Origin: Terrimicrobiaceae bacterium
GTDB lineage: Bacteria; Verrucomicrobiota; Verrucomicrobiia; Chthoniobacterales; Terrimicrobiaceae
Assembly (NCBI GenBank): GCA_041752695.1
Contig: JBGSVZ010000098.1
Span: 23,290-87,289 of the forward strand
Direction: 5' to 3'
Length of the DNA: 64,000 nt
In this document: positions 1 to 9,877 of the stretch, piece after piece
How the letters are laid out: each line of letters begins with the position of its first letter
Numbering within the stretch: position 1 is the first letter of the stretch
Translations under genes and position numbers: made by a program
The notes under the pieces: generated by a model
The model's input: only the letters and a program-made list of their open reading frames with translations
What the model was told of the DNA's origin: nothing
The model's database searches: none

Positions 1-1
1 C

Positions 2-742
2 CCGATGCGCATCTACCCGGCGGTCCATTACACGATGGGTGGACTTTGGGTGGACTACAATCTCATGAGCAACGTGCCTGGCCTGCATGTGCTGGGCGAA
101 GCGAACTTCTCCGACCATGGCGCGAACCGGCTCGGTGCCTCCGCGCTCATGCAGGGTCTGGCCGATGGATATTTTGTCATCCCCTACACGATTGGCACGT
201 ACCTCTCCGCTCATTTCGGAAAGAAAAAACCCGAGGTCACCGACGCCCCCTTCCGCGACGCGGAGAAGGCGGTGAGGGACCGCACCCAGCGCCTGCTCGC
301 CGTCAAGGGCAGCCGTTCGGTGGACAGCTTCCATCGCGAACTGGGTCTGATCATTTGGAACCAATGCGGCATGGCGCGCAGCCAATCTGGCCTCGAGGAA
401 GCCCTCGATCGAATTCCCAAGCTTCGCGAGGAATTTTGGACCAATGTCAACGTGCTGGGCAAGGGGGAGACCTTCAACCAGTCCCTCGAAAAAGCCGGAC
501 GCGTGTCCGATTTTCTCGAGTTCGGCGAACTGATGTGCCGCGACGCTTTGGCCCGCAACGAGTCCTGCGGTGGACATTTTCGCACCGAATACCAGACGCC
601 CGAAGGGGAGGCCTTGCGCGATGATGAAAACTATTCCTACGTCGCCGCCTGGAAATACGAAGGGGAAAACGCCGCGCCCACCTGCGTGAAGGAACCGCTG
701 GTGTACGAGCATGTCGAGCAATCGACGAGGAGCTATAAGTAA
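2..742 (+). CDS. sdhA: Succinate dehydrogenase/fumarate reductase flavoprotein subunit (C-terminal part, 5'-truncated by window edge)
   Basis: [19 protein letters not shown] and [10 protein letters not shown] motifs; lies directly upstream of the Fe-S subunit. Confidence 0.97.
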   Translation, partial: PMRIYPAVHYTMGGLWVDYNLMSNVPGLHVLGEANFSDHGANRLGASALMQGLADGYFVIPYTIGTYLSAHFGKKKPEVTDAPFRDAEKAVRDRTQRLLAVKGSRSVDSFHRELGLIIWNQCGMARSQSGLEEALDRIPKLREEFWTNVNVLGKGETFNQSLEKAGRVSDFLEFGELMCRDALARNESCGGHFRTEYQTPEGEALRDDENYSYVAAWKYEGENAAPTCVKEPLVYEHVEQSTRSYK

Positions 743-748
743 CTTATC

Positions 749-1507
749 ATGAACTTCACGTTACGCATTTGGAGACAGGATGGTCCTTCCGTGGAAGGAC
801 GTTTCGAAGAATATCCCGCTCTTAATATTCCCGAAGACGCCTCCTTTCTGGAGATGCTCGACATCGTCAATGAAGGGTTGCTCGGTAAAGGTGTGGAACC
901 CGTCAATTTCGACCACGATTGCCGCGAGGGCATTTGTGGAACCTGCAGCCTGACGATCAACGGAGTGCCTCACGGGCCCGATCGTGGTACGACGTGCCAG
1001 CTTTATATGCGGAAATTTCAGGATCGCGATGTGATCACGATCGAGCCGTTCCGCGCCGCGCCTTTCCCGGTGCTCCGGGATCTCGCGGTGAATCGTTCCG
1101 CTTTTGACCGCATCATCCAGTCCGGCGGATTTGTCGGGGAGCGGAGCGGGTCGGCGCCTGACGCCAATTCCGTGCCGATTCCCAAGACCATTGCCGATGT
1201 GGCGATGGACGCCGCCGCCTGCATTGGATGCGGGGCCTGCGCCGCGGCTTGTCCGAACAGTTCGGCCATGCTGTTTGTCAGCGCCAAGATCGGCCACCTC
1301 GGACTGTTGCCCCAGGGCAAGCCCGAGAAAAATCGCCGTGTGCTCAAGATGGTGCGGACGATGGACAACGAAGGGTTCGGCAACTGTTCGAACTACTACG
1401 CCTGCGAGGCGGTCTGTCCTGCCGGTATCCCTGCCGCATTTATCGCGAGGATGAACCGCGAATACACCCTGGCCTCGGCCATGGAAACCGTGGGCGCGCC
1501 GTTGTAG
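749..1507 (+). CDS. sdhB: Succinate dehydrogenase/fumarate reductase iron-sulfur subunit
   Basis: [10 protein letters not shown] (2Fe-2S), [12 protein letters not shown] and [12 protein letters not shown] cluster motifs. Confidence 0.97.
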   Translation: MNFTLRIWRQDGPSVEGRFEEYPALNIPEDASFLEMLDIVNEGLLGKGVEPVNFDHDCREGICGTCSLTINGVPHGPDRGTTCQLYMRKFQDRDVITIEPFRAAPFPVLRDLAVNRSAFDRIIQSGGFVGERSGSAPDANSVPIPKTIADVAMDAAACIGCGACAAACPNSSAMLFVSAKIGHLGLLPQGKPEKNRRVLKMVRTMDNEGFGNCSNYYACEAVCPAGIPAAFIARMNREYTLASAMETVGAPL

Positions 1508-1561
1508 GAACACGAAAAATTCCTCTGGGCGGTGTCCTTGCCCGCCACTACAACACTGCGG

Positions 1562-2587
1562 ATGAGTTCCGCTTCCAGTCCCGAGCCGGAGGAACCCCGC
1601 CGACCGGAAGCCCCGTCGGTCGGGCACCATTTGTTCACCATTGCCCAAGTGGTGATCACGGTGGCTTTGCTCTGGTGGCTTTTCCACGACCCGGAGCGCC
1701 GGGCGGTGATGTGGGACGCTTTGCAAACAGCCGACTGGCGGTGGATGGTTCTCTCGGTGATCGCGGCGGGCGTCTGTGAATTCTTTGGCATCCTGCGCTG
1801 GCAGCTTTTTCTCAAGATGCTGAAAATTGAAGTGCCCTTCTGGGAAACGACGAAGCTTTTTTTTATTGGCGCGTTTTTTAACCAGTTCCTTCCCGGCACC
1901 ACCGGCGGTGATGTGGTGCGGGTGATTTTTCTGATGAAAGACCACCCTGAGCACAAAACCGAGAGCTTCCTGAGTGTGGCGGTGGATCGGCTTCTGGCCG
2001 TTCTGGTGTTGGTCATCATGGGCCTGGCCTTCGCGTGGGGGAGGAGGGATTGGTTTGCCCAGAGCATGGCGGTCGGAGAATTGATGAAGTGGTTCACGAT
2101 CACGCTGGTGGTGATGGGTGTTGGGCTGGTGGCCTCGTTCGTTCTCACCGGGCGGCATCTGGTTCTGCGACTGCCGAAGCGGTTTCCCTTCCGCAAACAA
2201 ATCATCAAACTTTCCAAACTCTGGCAGCTCTGCCTGGAAAATCGCCGCGAAGCGATCCTGGGGACTCTCTACACCGTGCCCATGCTCTTTGCCTATTTCG
2301 CCGCATTTTGTTTTGCGGCCAAGGCCTTCACCAACAAGGTGAGCTTCTGGGACATGACTTCCATCATGCCCCTGGCCACGGCCATTTCTTCGCTGCCCAT
2401 CAGCGTGAATGGCATGGGCTGGAGGGAGGCGCTCCTGGACAATGCCCTGACCGATCTCTGCGGCGTTCCCCGTGGCACCGGCACGATCATTTCGATTGCC
2501 GGCGTGGCGGTTTATCTCCTCTGGGGGCTGGTCGGAGGGGTGTTTTACCTCGATCGTCTCCGATGGGGGTATTGCCCGAAGGGGTAG
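1562..2587 (+). CDS. Lysylphosphatidylglycerol synthase TM-region / UPF0104 flippase-like membrane protein
   Basis: RW..FL, FFNQFLPGTTGGD, VDRL and LPISVNGMGWRE motifs; many TM segments; ATG at 1562 preferred to GTG at 1532. Confidence 0.88.
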   Translation: MSSASSPEPEEPRRPEAPSVGHHLFTIAQVVITVALLWWLFHDPERRAVMWDALQTADWRWMVLSVIAAGVCEFFGILRWQLFLKMLKIEVPFWETTKLFFIGAFFNQFLPGTTGGDVVRVIFLMKDHPEHKTESFLSVAVDRLLAVLVLVIMGLAFAWGRRDWFAQSMAVGELMKWFTITLVVMGVGLVASFVLTGRHLVLRLPKRFPFRKQIIKLSKLWQLCLENRREAILGTLYTVPMLFAYFAAFCFAAKAFTNKVSFWDMTSIMPLATAISSLPISVNGMGWREALLDNALTDLCGVPRGTGTIISIAGVAVYLLWGLVGGVFYLDRLRWGYCPKG

Positions 2588-3036
2588 TTTTTTGCCACCA
2601 GGAAAACGACGAAGGCGACCCCTGGGAGCACGAGGAGCAGCGGGAGGGCAGGCCTGCGGTCTTCATCGCCAAAAACGAAGCGCGTCAGTCGAGAGAAAAG
2701 CAGCCTGTTCCTCGCGACCACGCCGTAGCCGAAATCCGCTGCCCAGGCGAACGGTGGCACTGTGCGATAGAGCGTCAGAAGAAGGCGTCCGGAAAATTGT
2801 GCCGTGGCGAGGGCGGAAAACACGGCCGGTGCGCCGGATTCGCGCCGGCCATCCGCTCCCACCCACTGGACGGCCGTGGCAAAGTCCTCTTCGGAGATGC
2901 CGGGATGTTCCACCGCACATTCCTGCGACGGACGGTATTCCACGCGGTCGCCGGTGATCCCTTTCCAACGTCCGATCCAGTGTCGGCAAAAGTTGCAGTC
3001 ACCGTCGTAGATCAGCAGGGGTTTTTGAGAAATCAT
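2545..3036 (-). CDS. DCC1-like (DUF393) thiol-disulfide oxidoreductase family protein with hydrophobic C-tail
   Basis: YDGDCNFC (DxxCxxC) near the N-terminus and YGVVARNR motif. Confidence 0.88.
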   Translation of the reverse strand: MISQKPLLIYDGDCNFCRHWIGRWKGITGDRVEYRPSQECAVEHPGISEEDFATAVQWVGADGRRESGAPAVFSALATAQFSGRLLLTLYRTVPPFAWAADFGYGVVARNRLLFSRLTRFVFGDEDRRPALPLLLVLPGVAFVVFLVAKNYPFGQYPHRRRSR

Positions 3037-3079
3037 AGGTGGCTTTCTGGACGCTCTGTCGCCGTGGCAGGAAGGCGAT

Positions 3080-4156
3080 TCAAATCGTCACCCCAAACGA
3101 ATCATCCTTGGTGACCGAAAAGCAAAAGGCCGCGAGCAACTCCGCGATGGCCTGAAGGTCTTCCAGGTCAATCACTTCCACCGAGGAATGCATGTAGCGG
3201 TTTGGCAGACCGACGCAGACCGTGGGAATCCCGCCATGCTGCACGAAAATTGCATCCGCATCCGTGCCCGAATGGCGGGGATTGGTTTCATACTGCAACG
3301 GAATCCCTGCGCTGTGCGCCACGCTGCGCATCCGTTCCACGACCACCGGATGATTCACACTGCCGATGCTGATCACTGGACCGGCGCCCATTTTCACGTC
3401 ACCGTGTTTGGGTTTCGAGCAAAGGGGAATGTCGGTCGCATGGGTCACGTCCACCACCAGCGCCACGTTGGGTTTGGCTCGGTATCCAGCCATCTTCGCC
3501 CCATAAAGACCGTTCTCCTCCTGGATGGTGGAAACGGCCACCACCGAGGCCGCGAGTTTGTCCGTCTTTTCCGAGAGGATCCGCAGGGCTTCCGCCGCCG
3601 CCCAAGTCCCGATCCGGTTGTCGCAGCCCCGCGCAGCAATGCGGTTTCCCGCAAGTTTAACCACTCCGGCATCGTGAGTCACCGGGTCCCCGATGCGGAC
3701 GAGCTTCAGGGCCTCCGCGCGGGAACGTACCCCAATGTCGATAAACACTTCGTGAAACGCCGGGACCTTTTTGCGGTCTTCCGGCTCCTGCATATGGATG
3801 GCAAGGTGACCGGTGACGCCGGGAACAGGTCCATCCGGTCCATGCACAATCATGCGCTGTCCGCGAAGCATGGCGCGGTCCACCCCGCCGATGCCCTGAA
3901 AATGGAGAAATCCATCGTCCGTGATGTAGCTGATCATCAGGCCGAGCTCGTCCGCGTGTCCGGAGATCAGAATCTTCGGGGCTTCCGCCTCGGAGTTGAG
4001 CGTGGCGTAAACGTTGCCGTAGGGATCGCTGCGGACTTTTTCCGCGAAAGGCCTCACGTAGTTCGACCAGGCCCGCTGACCGCGCAATTCGAAGCCGGAG
4101 GGTGAGGGGGTTTCGAGCAGCTCCTTGAGAAAGGCATACGATTCGTCACGCATCAT
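3080..4156 (-). CDS. M42 family metallo-aminopeptidase
   Basis: PSPSGFE, GHADE, DNRIG, QEE, VDVT and RYMHS motifs. Confidence 0.93.
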   Translation of the reverse strand: MMRDESYAFLKELLETPSPSGFELRGQRAWSNYVRPFAEKVRSDPYGNVYATLNSEAEAPKILISGHADELGLMISYITDDGFLHFQGIGGVDRAMLRGQRMIVHGPDGPVPGVTGHLAIHMQEPEDRKKVPAFHEVFIDIGVRSRAEALKLVRIGDPVTHDAGVVKLAGNRIAARGCDNRIGTWAAAEALRILSEKTDKLAASVVAVSTIQEENGLYGAKMAGYRAKPNVALVVDVTHATDIPLCSKPKHGDVKMGAGPVISIGSVNHPVVVERMRSVAHSAGIPLQYETNPRHSGTDADAIFVQHGGIPTVCVGLPNRYMHSSVEVIDLEDLQAIAELLAAFCFSVTKDDSFGVTI

Positions 4157-4162
4157 GGAATC

Positions 4163-4191
4163 AGGCTAGAAGATGCGGGCGGCGATGTCGA
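4163..4191 (-). promoter_or_regulatory. Sigma70-type promoter of the M42 peptidase gene (TCGACA-17-TAGCCT), 6 nt before the ATG
   Basis: Minus-strand -35 at 4186-4191 and -10 at 4163-4168; ATG at 4156. Confidence 0.5.
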
Positions 4192-4259
4192 GTTGCCCGT
4201 GAGCCGGCGCATCTTCGCGCTTTCCTCCGGGGCGAATTTTGGCCTATATCGCCCGCGTC

Positions 4260-5903
4260 ATGAGCATCACCCGTTCTCCTTCCGGCCTCGCGGGAAAGCT
4301 GGGCGTGAGTTTCTTTTTTGGGGTATTCCTCGCGATGGGACTATTTTTCCTGGGTTTGATGGTTCGCGAGGTTGCGCAAATCGCGGTTACCTATTCGTGG
4401 AAGGAGACGACCGCTACCATCCTGTCCAGCTCCGTCGGGGAAAAGCCGGGAAAGGACGATCCCTTTTCCCCGATAGTGAGTTTCCGCTATCAATGGGAGG
4501 GGCGGGCATACACGTCGGATCGCTATGCGTTTAAACCCAAAAGGATGGACGATTACAGTGCCGTTGAGGCGAAGATCTCCGCCTTGTCTCCCGGTACCGT
4601 GACGGTGTGTTACGTCAATCCCCGGGATCCGGCCACGGCCATCCTCCGGCGGGAAGGGTGGGGGATCGCGTTTTTCATCCTGCTGCCCCTCGTCTTTGTG
4701 GTGGTGGGAGGCGGCGGGATCTACGGGACATGGGCGGCGGCGCGGAGGGCAAAATCAGAGCCGCTGAGTTCTCCCAAGGGCTCGGGTTTGGGGCGGGGCG
4801 GGACTTTGCTTTTCGGCGGCGTCTTCGTCGCGGTCGGTGCCGGGCTATTAGTCTTTTGGTTTCTCCCGGCGGCGGCTAAATCTTTGGCTTCCACCAGATG
4901 GACCGAGACTCCCTGCACGGTGATCTCGAGCCGGGTGAAAAGTCACTCTGACAGTGACGGCACTACTTATAGCGTCGACATTTTCTACCGCTACACCGTG
5001 AATGGGCGCGAGTATAAATCCAATCGCTACGCCTCCCTCGGGGGCTCCTCCAGTGGATACAAAGGGAAAGCGGCTGCCGTGGAAAAGTATCCCGCCGGTT
5101 CCCAACGGATTTGCTACGTCAATCCCGACGACCCGACTGACGTTCTGCTCAAACCCGGCGTGGGGTGGGAGCTGCTTTTCGGATTGATCCCCACGGCGTT
5201 CATGGCCGCGGGTGCCGGCGTGATGTGGGCGTCGCGGCGGGCGCCGAAACGCGTGACCCGCGTGAGCGGTGCGCTCCCTGCCGCTTCCGTCACGGAATCC
5301 GGGCCCTTGAAATCCCGGGCCTCACCGCTGGCCAGACTGTTTGGCATCACAATTTTTGCCGTCATCTGGAACGGTCTGGTGGGGGTTTTTCTTTGGAACC
5401 TGTCTGACGGATTTCAACGGCTCCCAGGGGTGTTTTTCCTCATCTTCTTCCTTCCTTTTGCCCTTATCGGATTGGGTGCCCTGGCGGGTGTCGTCTATTG
5501 CCTGCTGGCGCTCACAAACCCCCGTTGTCGCCTGCAGATATCGTCCTCCGTACTCCATCCGGGCGAATCGCTGGAAGTGTCGTGGACCCTGGCGGGATCG
5601 GTCCATCGCCTGCAGCGGCTGCGGATTTTTCTCGAAGGCCGCGAAGAAGCCACCTACCGGCGGGGAACTTCCAGTTATACGGATCGCCATGTTTTTGCCC
5701 GCCTGTCGCTCGCCGAACTCTCGAACAGCCTGGAAATGGCCCAGGGGGAGGTGAACCGCCGGCTGCCCGGTGAACTGCCCCCGAGTTTCGCGGCCACCAG
5801 CAACAAAATTATCTGGACCCTCAAGGTCCACGGCGAAATTGCCAACTGGCCGGACGTCAACGAGGAATACGAGATCACCGTGGAATCAGGAATCGTAAAA
5901 TGA
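4260..5903 (+). CDS. Membrane protein with two DUF3592-like domains and a C-terminal arrestin/SpoOM-like beta domain
   Basis: Two repeats W.ET...I.SS.V...YRY...G..Y.S.RY...CYVNP.DP...L separated by TM pairs. Confidence 0.75.
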   Translation: MSITRSPSGLAGKLGVSFFFGVFLAMGLFFLGLMVREVAQIAVTYSWKETTATILSSSVGEKPGKDDPFSPIVSFRYQWEGRAYTSDRYAFKPKRMDDYSAVEAKISALSPGTVTVCYVNPRDPATAILRREGWGIAFFILLPLVFVVVGGGGIYGTWAAARRAKSEPLSSPKGSGLGRGGTLLFGGVFVAVGAGLLVFWFLPAAAKSLASTRWTETPCTVISSRVKSHSDSDGTTYSVDIFYRYTVNGREYKSNRYASLGGSSSGYKGKAAAVEKYPAGSQRICYVNPDDPTDVLLKPGVGWELLFGLIPTAFMAAGAGVMWASRRAPKRVTRVSGALPAASVTESGPLKSRASPLARLFGITIFAVIWNGLVGVFLWNLSDGFQRLPGVFFLIFFLPFALIGLGALAGVVYCLLALTNPRCRLQISSSVLHPGESLEVSWTLAGSVHRLQRLRIFLEGREEATYRRGTSSYTDRHVFARLSLAELSNSLEMAQGEVNRRLPGELPPSFAATSNKIIWTLKVHGEIANWPDVNEEYEITVESGIVK

Positions 5904-6310
5904 CCGCACAAATTCTACCCGAACACCCCTTCTACCAGCCCGGCGCGGAGATCAAGGGTCGCGTTTCCTGGACGTCCGAGGTCGCGCCCCGCTTGGCGGA
6001 ACTCCGTCTGTTTTGGTTCACCAAGGGAAAGGGTGACCGCGATGCGGAAACTGCGGAAGCCGCCACCTTCGACCTCCCGCAGTCTTCCGACTCGCGGGAA
6101 TTCCGGTTCCGGGCCCCGGAGTTCCCGCCGGGATTTTCGGGCCGACTCATCTCGCTCATCTGGGCACTGGAGCTTGTCCTGGAGCCCGGTGGGTCGGTGC
6201 TCACCGAATTGGTGATCGGACCGGAAGGTCGCGAACTGCAGATCGACTGTCCCGATTGGCTCGAAGTGCCGGAGCCAGCGAAGTCGTCGTGGTTCGGGTT
6301 TAACCGATGA
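5900..6310 (+). CDS. Hypothetical protein, arrestin/SpoOM-like beta-sandwich similar to the C-terminus of the upstream gene
   Basis: ATGA overlap; YQPG..I.G.VSW, LRLFW and PPGFSG..ISLIWALE parallel LHPGE.LEVSW, LRIFL and PPSF....IIWTLK upstream. Confidence 0.65.
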   Translation: MTAQILPEHPFYQPGAEIKGRVSWTSEVAPRLAELRLFWFTKGKGDRDAETAEAATFDLPQSSDSREFRFRAPEFPPGFSGRLISLIWALELVLEPGGSVLTELVIGPEGRELQIDCPDWLEVPEPAKSSWFGFNR

Positions 6311-6861
6311 AGGCTCGCGACAATCCTTTCCGCAGCGAATGCGTGGACGCGCTGGCCTATCGCGCGCCCGGTTTTGACTGGCAGGCTCTCGAACTCCGCC
6401 TCGCGGCGGCGGGAGGGCGGGGGGCAATCGTGGGGCCGGAAGGTCATGGAAAAACGACCCTTCTGCTCGACTGGGTGAAGCGCCGCCGGGACGAAGGGGC
6501 GGAGGTTATATTTATCAAGCTCGCCACAAACCAGCGCCGACTCACCGCACCGCAACGTGAACTCCTCGCCACGACCGGCTTCGTCTTTGTCGATAGCGCC
6601 GAGCAACTCGGCTGGCTGGGTAGGCGCGAACTTCTCCGCCTGACCGCGCGGGCTTCCGGGCTGGTCGTCACCACCCATCGTCCGGGCTGTCTGCCGACGG
6701 TTTTTACCTGCCCGTCCAGCCCGCAATTGCTGGATGAACTCGTGCGGGAACTGACGGGAGACGACACCGACTGCGCCAGTTCCTGGTATCGCCACAGAGG
6801 CAATGTGCGACTGGCTTTGCGGGAGTTTTACGACCAAAACGCGGCCAAAGGAAATGCCTAA
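6307..6861 (+). CDS. Small P-loop ATPase (AAA+/DnaA-Hda-like)
   Basis: N-terminal NPF, Walker A GPEGHGKT, Walker B-like FVFVD, GNVR..LR tail; ATGA overlap. Confidence 0.7.
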   Translation: MKARDNPFRSECVDALAYRAPGFDWQALELRLAAAGGRGAIVGPEGHGKTTLLLDWVKRRRDEGAEVIFIKLATNQRRLTAPQRELLATTGFVFVDSAEQLGWLGRRELLRLTARASGLVVTTHRPGCLPTVFTCPSSPQLLDELVRELTGDDTDCASSWYRHRGNVRLALREFYDQNAAKGNA

Positions 6862-7553
6862 GAACGGACAACGTGGTCGCGACGATCCGACGAAAACCGA
6901 AACTCCCTGATCCGCTCAAACCAGGTCGCCAGCGCGGCGAACCCCACTGGTAGGCGGTTGTAGTTGCCATAGGTAAGATTGCCGAGAATGCCAAACAGGG
7001 CAAAATCCGCATAGAGCGGTGCCTCCCCGAAAAGGAACGGGCGATGTTGCAAAGTCAGCTCATAAGGTTCGAGCAAGGCGCGGGCGGCACTCTCCAGTTC
7101 CCCGCGATTGTCCGCCCAGGCCTTGACGCAACCCCGGCCGAATTTGCGCTCCTTGTGTCGGACGATCATGGTGCGCTCCAGAGTGCTTTCAAGCGCTGCA
7201 AGGTAGGGTGGATCAACCAGGCGGAAGGTGACACTCTCCACCTCGTCCTCCAGGTGGGCAATCACCAGGCGCTGCAGGCCTTCGTGCTCCACGGGAAACA
7301 GACGCCCGGCGCCGAAGTTTTTGTCCACGTAGCGGGCAATATCCAGCGATTCCGCGGAGGATTCAAAGATCACGCGGCCGTCATGGACGACGACCGGAAC
7401 TTGATAGTACGCGCCATTGGTCAGCTCAATGATCTCGCGGCGATCCGCATTGGAGACATTGCGCGTGGCAAACTGCACATCCAGCGCCTCCAGCGCGCGA
7501 GTGATGGGCAGGCAATACGGGCTGTGGGCAAATTGATAGACAGTGAGGCTCAT
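6858..7553 (-). CDS. Glutathione S-transferase family protein
   Basis: SPYC, QVPV, ES..IARY and FLFGE.P.YADF motifs. Confidence 0.88.
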   Translation of the reverse strand: MSLTVYQFAHSPYCLPITRALEALDVQFATRNVSNADRREIIELTNGAYYQVPVVVHDGRVIFESSAESLDIARYVDKNFGAGRLFPVEHEGLQRLVIAHLEDEVESVTFRLVDPPYLAALESTLERTMIVRHKERKFGRGCVKAWADNRGELESAARALLEPYELTLQHRPFLFGEAPLYADFALFGILGNLTYGNYNRLPVGFAALATWFERIREFRFSSDRRDHVVRS

Positions 7554-7595
7554 GGACGGAAATTTCGAAAGACAGGCCGAACGACAGAAAGGTTT

Positions 7596-7622
7596 CCACA
7601 GAAGTTCACAAAGGTAACGAAG
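7596..7622. repeat. Degenerate 9-nt tandem repeat (CCACAGAAG TTCACAAAG GTAACGAAG)
   Basis: Three period-9 units ending in AAG in the intergenic gap. Confidence 0.4.
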
Positions 7623-7649
7623 ATTCCGGGTGGGTGGGGGAACTTTGCC

Positions 7650-8618
7650 TCAATTGCCATCCGCGCACACATCCCCGAGAAATTCCACCGCGCGTTGCTC
7701 CGACCAGTATTCCTTCTGCGAATTGAAGGAAACAAACCCCACATGGCCGCCGCAGGCCGGCGTTTCGAGGAAAAACGACCGACTCGCCCGCGCCTCCTCC
7801 ACGGGGAAACAGGCCGGCGGTAAGAACGGGTCGTCCAACGCGTTGACCAACAGCGTCGGCACGGTGATGCGCGCCAGCGCCGGTTTGCTGCTGGCGCGGG
7901 TCCAATAATCCTCCGCGCTGGCAAATCCGTTCATCGGCGCGGTGTAGGCCCCGTCGAATTCCCGGAACGTCCGCATCGCATTGAGTCCGGCATCGTCGAG
8001 GCGGCCAGGGAAGCGGACCATTTTTTCGCGCACTTTTCCACGGAGGCTGCGCAAAAACCGCCGCATATAGATTCGATTGAAAAAACTCTCCAACTGAGAC
8101 GCGCTGGATGCGAGGTCGCAGGGTACGGAAAATGCCACCGCTCCCGCCACCCGAGGATCAAGGCCAGGTTCGCCCAGGGATTTCAAGGTCATGTTCCCAC
8201 CCAGACTGAAGCCCACTAAAGCCACCCGCGCGTAGCGGGCTGGCACCTGGGCAATCACTTCCGCCAAATCCTCCGCGGCGCCACTGTGATACGAACGCAG
8301 CAGATGGTTGGGCTCGCCGCTGCAGCCGCGAAAATTCCAGGCCAACACGTCCCATCCCGCCCGCACCAAGGCCCGCGCCATACCCTGGATATACGTGTTC
8401 GTCGCGTCGCCCTCCAGTCCGTGCGAGAGGATCGCGAGGCGGGTGCGGTTCGCCTCCGTGTGCCAGTCGAGATCGAGGAAATCCCCGTCCTTCGTCGTGA
8501 GACGTTCGCGTTGCCGGGTGATCAACGGCACTTGACGGAACAGGGCGGGAAAGATCGTTTGTACGTGCCCATTGCCGAACCCGAGCGGCGCGCGGTAGGT
8601 GGAATCAAGCCGCGGCAT
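7650..8618 (-). CDS. YheT-family alpha/beta hydrolase (esterase)
   Basis: NGHVQT, DGDFLDLDW, HGLEG, NFRGCSG, GFSLG, NALDDPF and GGHVGF motifs. Confidence 0.92.
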   Translation of the reverse strand: MPRLDSTYRAPLGFGNGHVQTIFPALFRQVPLITRQRERLTTKDGDFLDLDWHTEANRTRLAILSHGLEGDATNTYIQGMARALVRAGWDVLAWNFRGCSGEPNHLLRSYHSGAAEDLAEVIAQVPARYARVALVGFSLGGNMTLKSLGEPGLDPRVAGAVAFSVPCDLASSASQLESFFNRIYMRRFLRSLRGKVREKMVRFPGRLDDAGLNAMRTFREFDGAYTAPMNGFASAEDYWTRASSKPALARITVPTLLVNALDDPFLPPACFPVEEARASRSFFLETPACGGHVGFVSFNSQKEYWSEQRAVEFLGDVCADGN

Positions 8619-9120
8619 GGTCCACCCGAAAGTCCCGTGTCAGCAACTCCTCCAGTTGTTGCATCGCCTCAGTCAGCGCGTCGCGCACGGCAGAGGTTTC
8701 CGCATCAAGCGGCGGAGTAAATACCGTTTCATATCGCGCCGCGAGCGCCTTGTGGTCCCGGGTATCGCCGGCCGCTTCGAGCAACAGGCGCACGCGATCG
8801 TTACGTTCCCGCGCCTCGGCGATCTTTGCCAACACCTCCCCCTCGGTGATCTCCCCGGCCTCCCAGCGGAGAAGTTGACGGCAAACAAACAGCCGGCACC
8901 GCGCCGGACGGTCATCATAAACCGAACAACCCGATCCCGTGTGTCCGGCGCAAGGCTGAAGAAGGTGTGGGCCGTCCGCACGGCGTTTGATCTTGAGCCC
9001 GAGGGCGTCCAATTGCCGCGCGGAATCCCCGGACTGCAGTCGCACGCTGAAAAACAACACCCCATTGCAACACATGCCGCACGCGGCACAGAGGCGGGAG
9101 GCGGTTTCCGAATTCGACAT
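8605..9120 (-). CDS. YkgJ-family cysteine cluster (zinc/iron-chelating) protein
   Basis: CAACGMCC...PC...CSVY..RP..C..F.C pattern. Confidence 0.85.
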   Translation of the reverse strand: MSNSETASRLCAACGMCCNGVLFFSVRLQSGDSARQLDALGLKIKRRADGPHLLQPCAGHTGSGCSVYDDRPARCRLFVCRQLLRWEAGEITEGEVLAKIAEARERNDRVRLLLEAAGDTRDHKALAARYETVFTPPLDAETSAVRDALTEAMQQLEELLTRDFRVDHAAA

Positions 9121-9181
9121 CGTGCAAAGAGGATGGGGGAATTCTGCCGGGAGACGAGCAAATCCTCCTGCGAGTGGCGGT

Positions 9182-9877
9182 TCAGGTTTCCAGTCGATAA
9201 CCCAGGCCGTGAACCGTGAGCAAGTGCCGCGGCGAGGCGGGTTCTTCCTCGATTTTTTGGCGGATCTTGACGATCACCTGGTCGAGGGTCCGCGTGGTGC
9301 CGTAATATTCGATGCCCCACACCTCGTTGAGGATCTTGTCGCGCGAAAGGGCGTTGCCCCGTTCCCGATGGAGAAGGACCAGGACGGCCAGTTCGCGTGG
9401 GGTCAGTTCGAAGGTTACCGCGGCCCGACGCCCACGCAGGGCGGGCACGTCAATTTCGACGGTACCGAAACGGATCACGTCCGGCGGAGGTGCCCCGCCG
9501 TCACGTTCCGTTTGGGTGCGGCGCAGCAAGGCGTGGACGCGGGCAACGAGTTCGCGCACGCCAAAGGGTTTGCTAACATAGTCGTCGGCCCCGAGTTCCA
9601 GGCCGATGACTTTGTCCGCTTCCTGGCCCTTGGCGGTCAGCATCAGGATGGGAACGGAGTTTTTGGCCGCGCGCAATTCCCGGCAAATGTCGTAACCGCT
9701 CTTGCGGGGCAACATCACATCGAGAATGACGAGATCGGGTTGCTCCTGCCGAATCAACGCGAGGGCCTGCGCGCCGTCGCGGCTCTCGGAGACTTCGTAA
9801 CCTTCGCCGGTCAAGGTTTCGACCAGGCCGAGGCGGATATGGGGATCGTCTTCGACGACGAGGATGCGTCTGCTCAT
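9182..9877 (-). CDS. OmpR/PhoB-family response regulator
   Basis: REC (VEDD, LDVMLP, LTAK, GADDY.KPF) plus winged helix (LTPRE, TVHGLGYR). Confidence 0.96.
   Translation of the reverse strand: MSRRILVVEDDPHIRLGLVETLTGEGYEVSESRDGAQALALIRQEQPDLVILDVMLPRKSGYDICRELRAAKNSVPILMLTAKGQEADKVIGLELGADDYVSKPFGVRELVARVHALLRRTQTERDGGAPPPDVIRFGTVEIDVPALRGRRAAVTFELTPRELAVLVLLHRERGNALSRDKILNEVWGIEYYGTTRTLDQVIVKIRQKIEEEPASPRHLLTVHGLGYRLET

Noticed and set aside
761..2200. 479-aa antisense ORF
   Set aside because: Shadow of sdhB and the flippase-like gene in GC-rich DNA; no motifs
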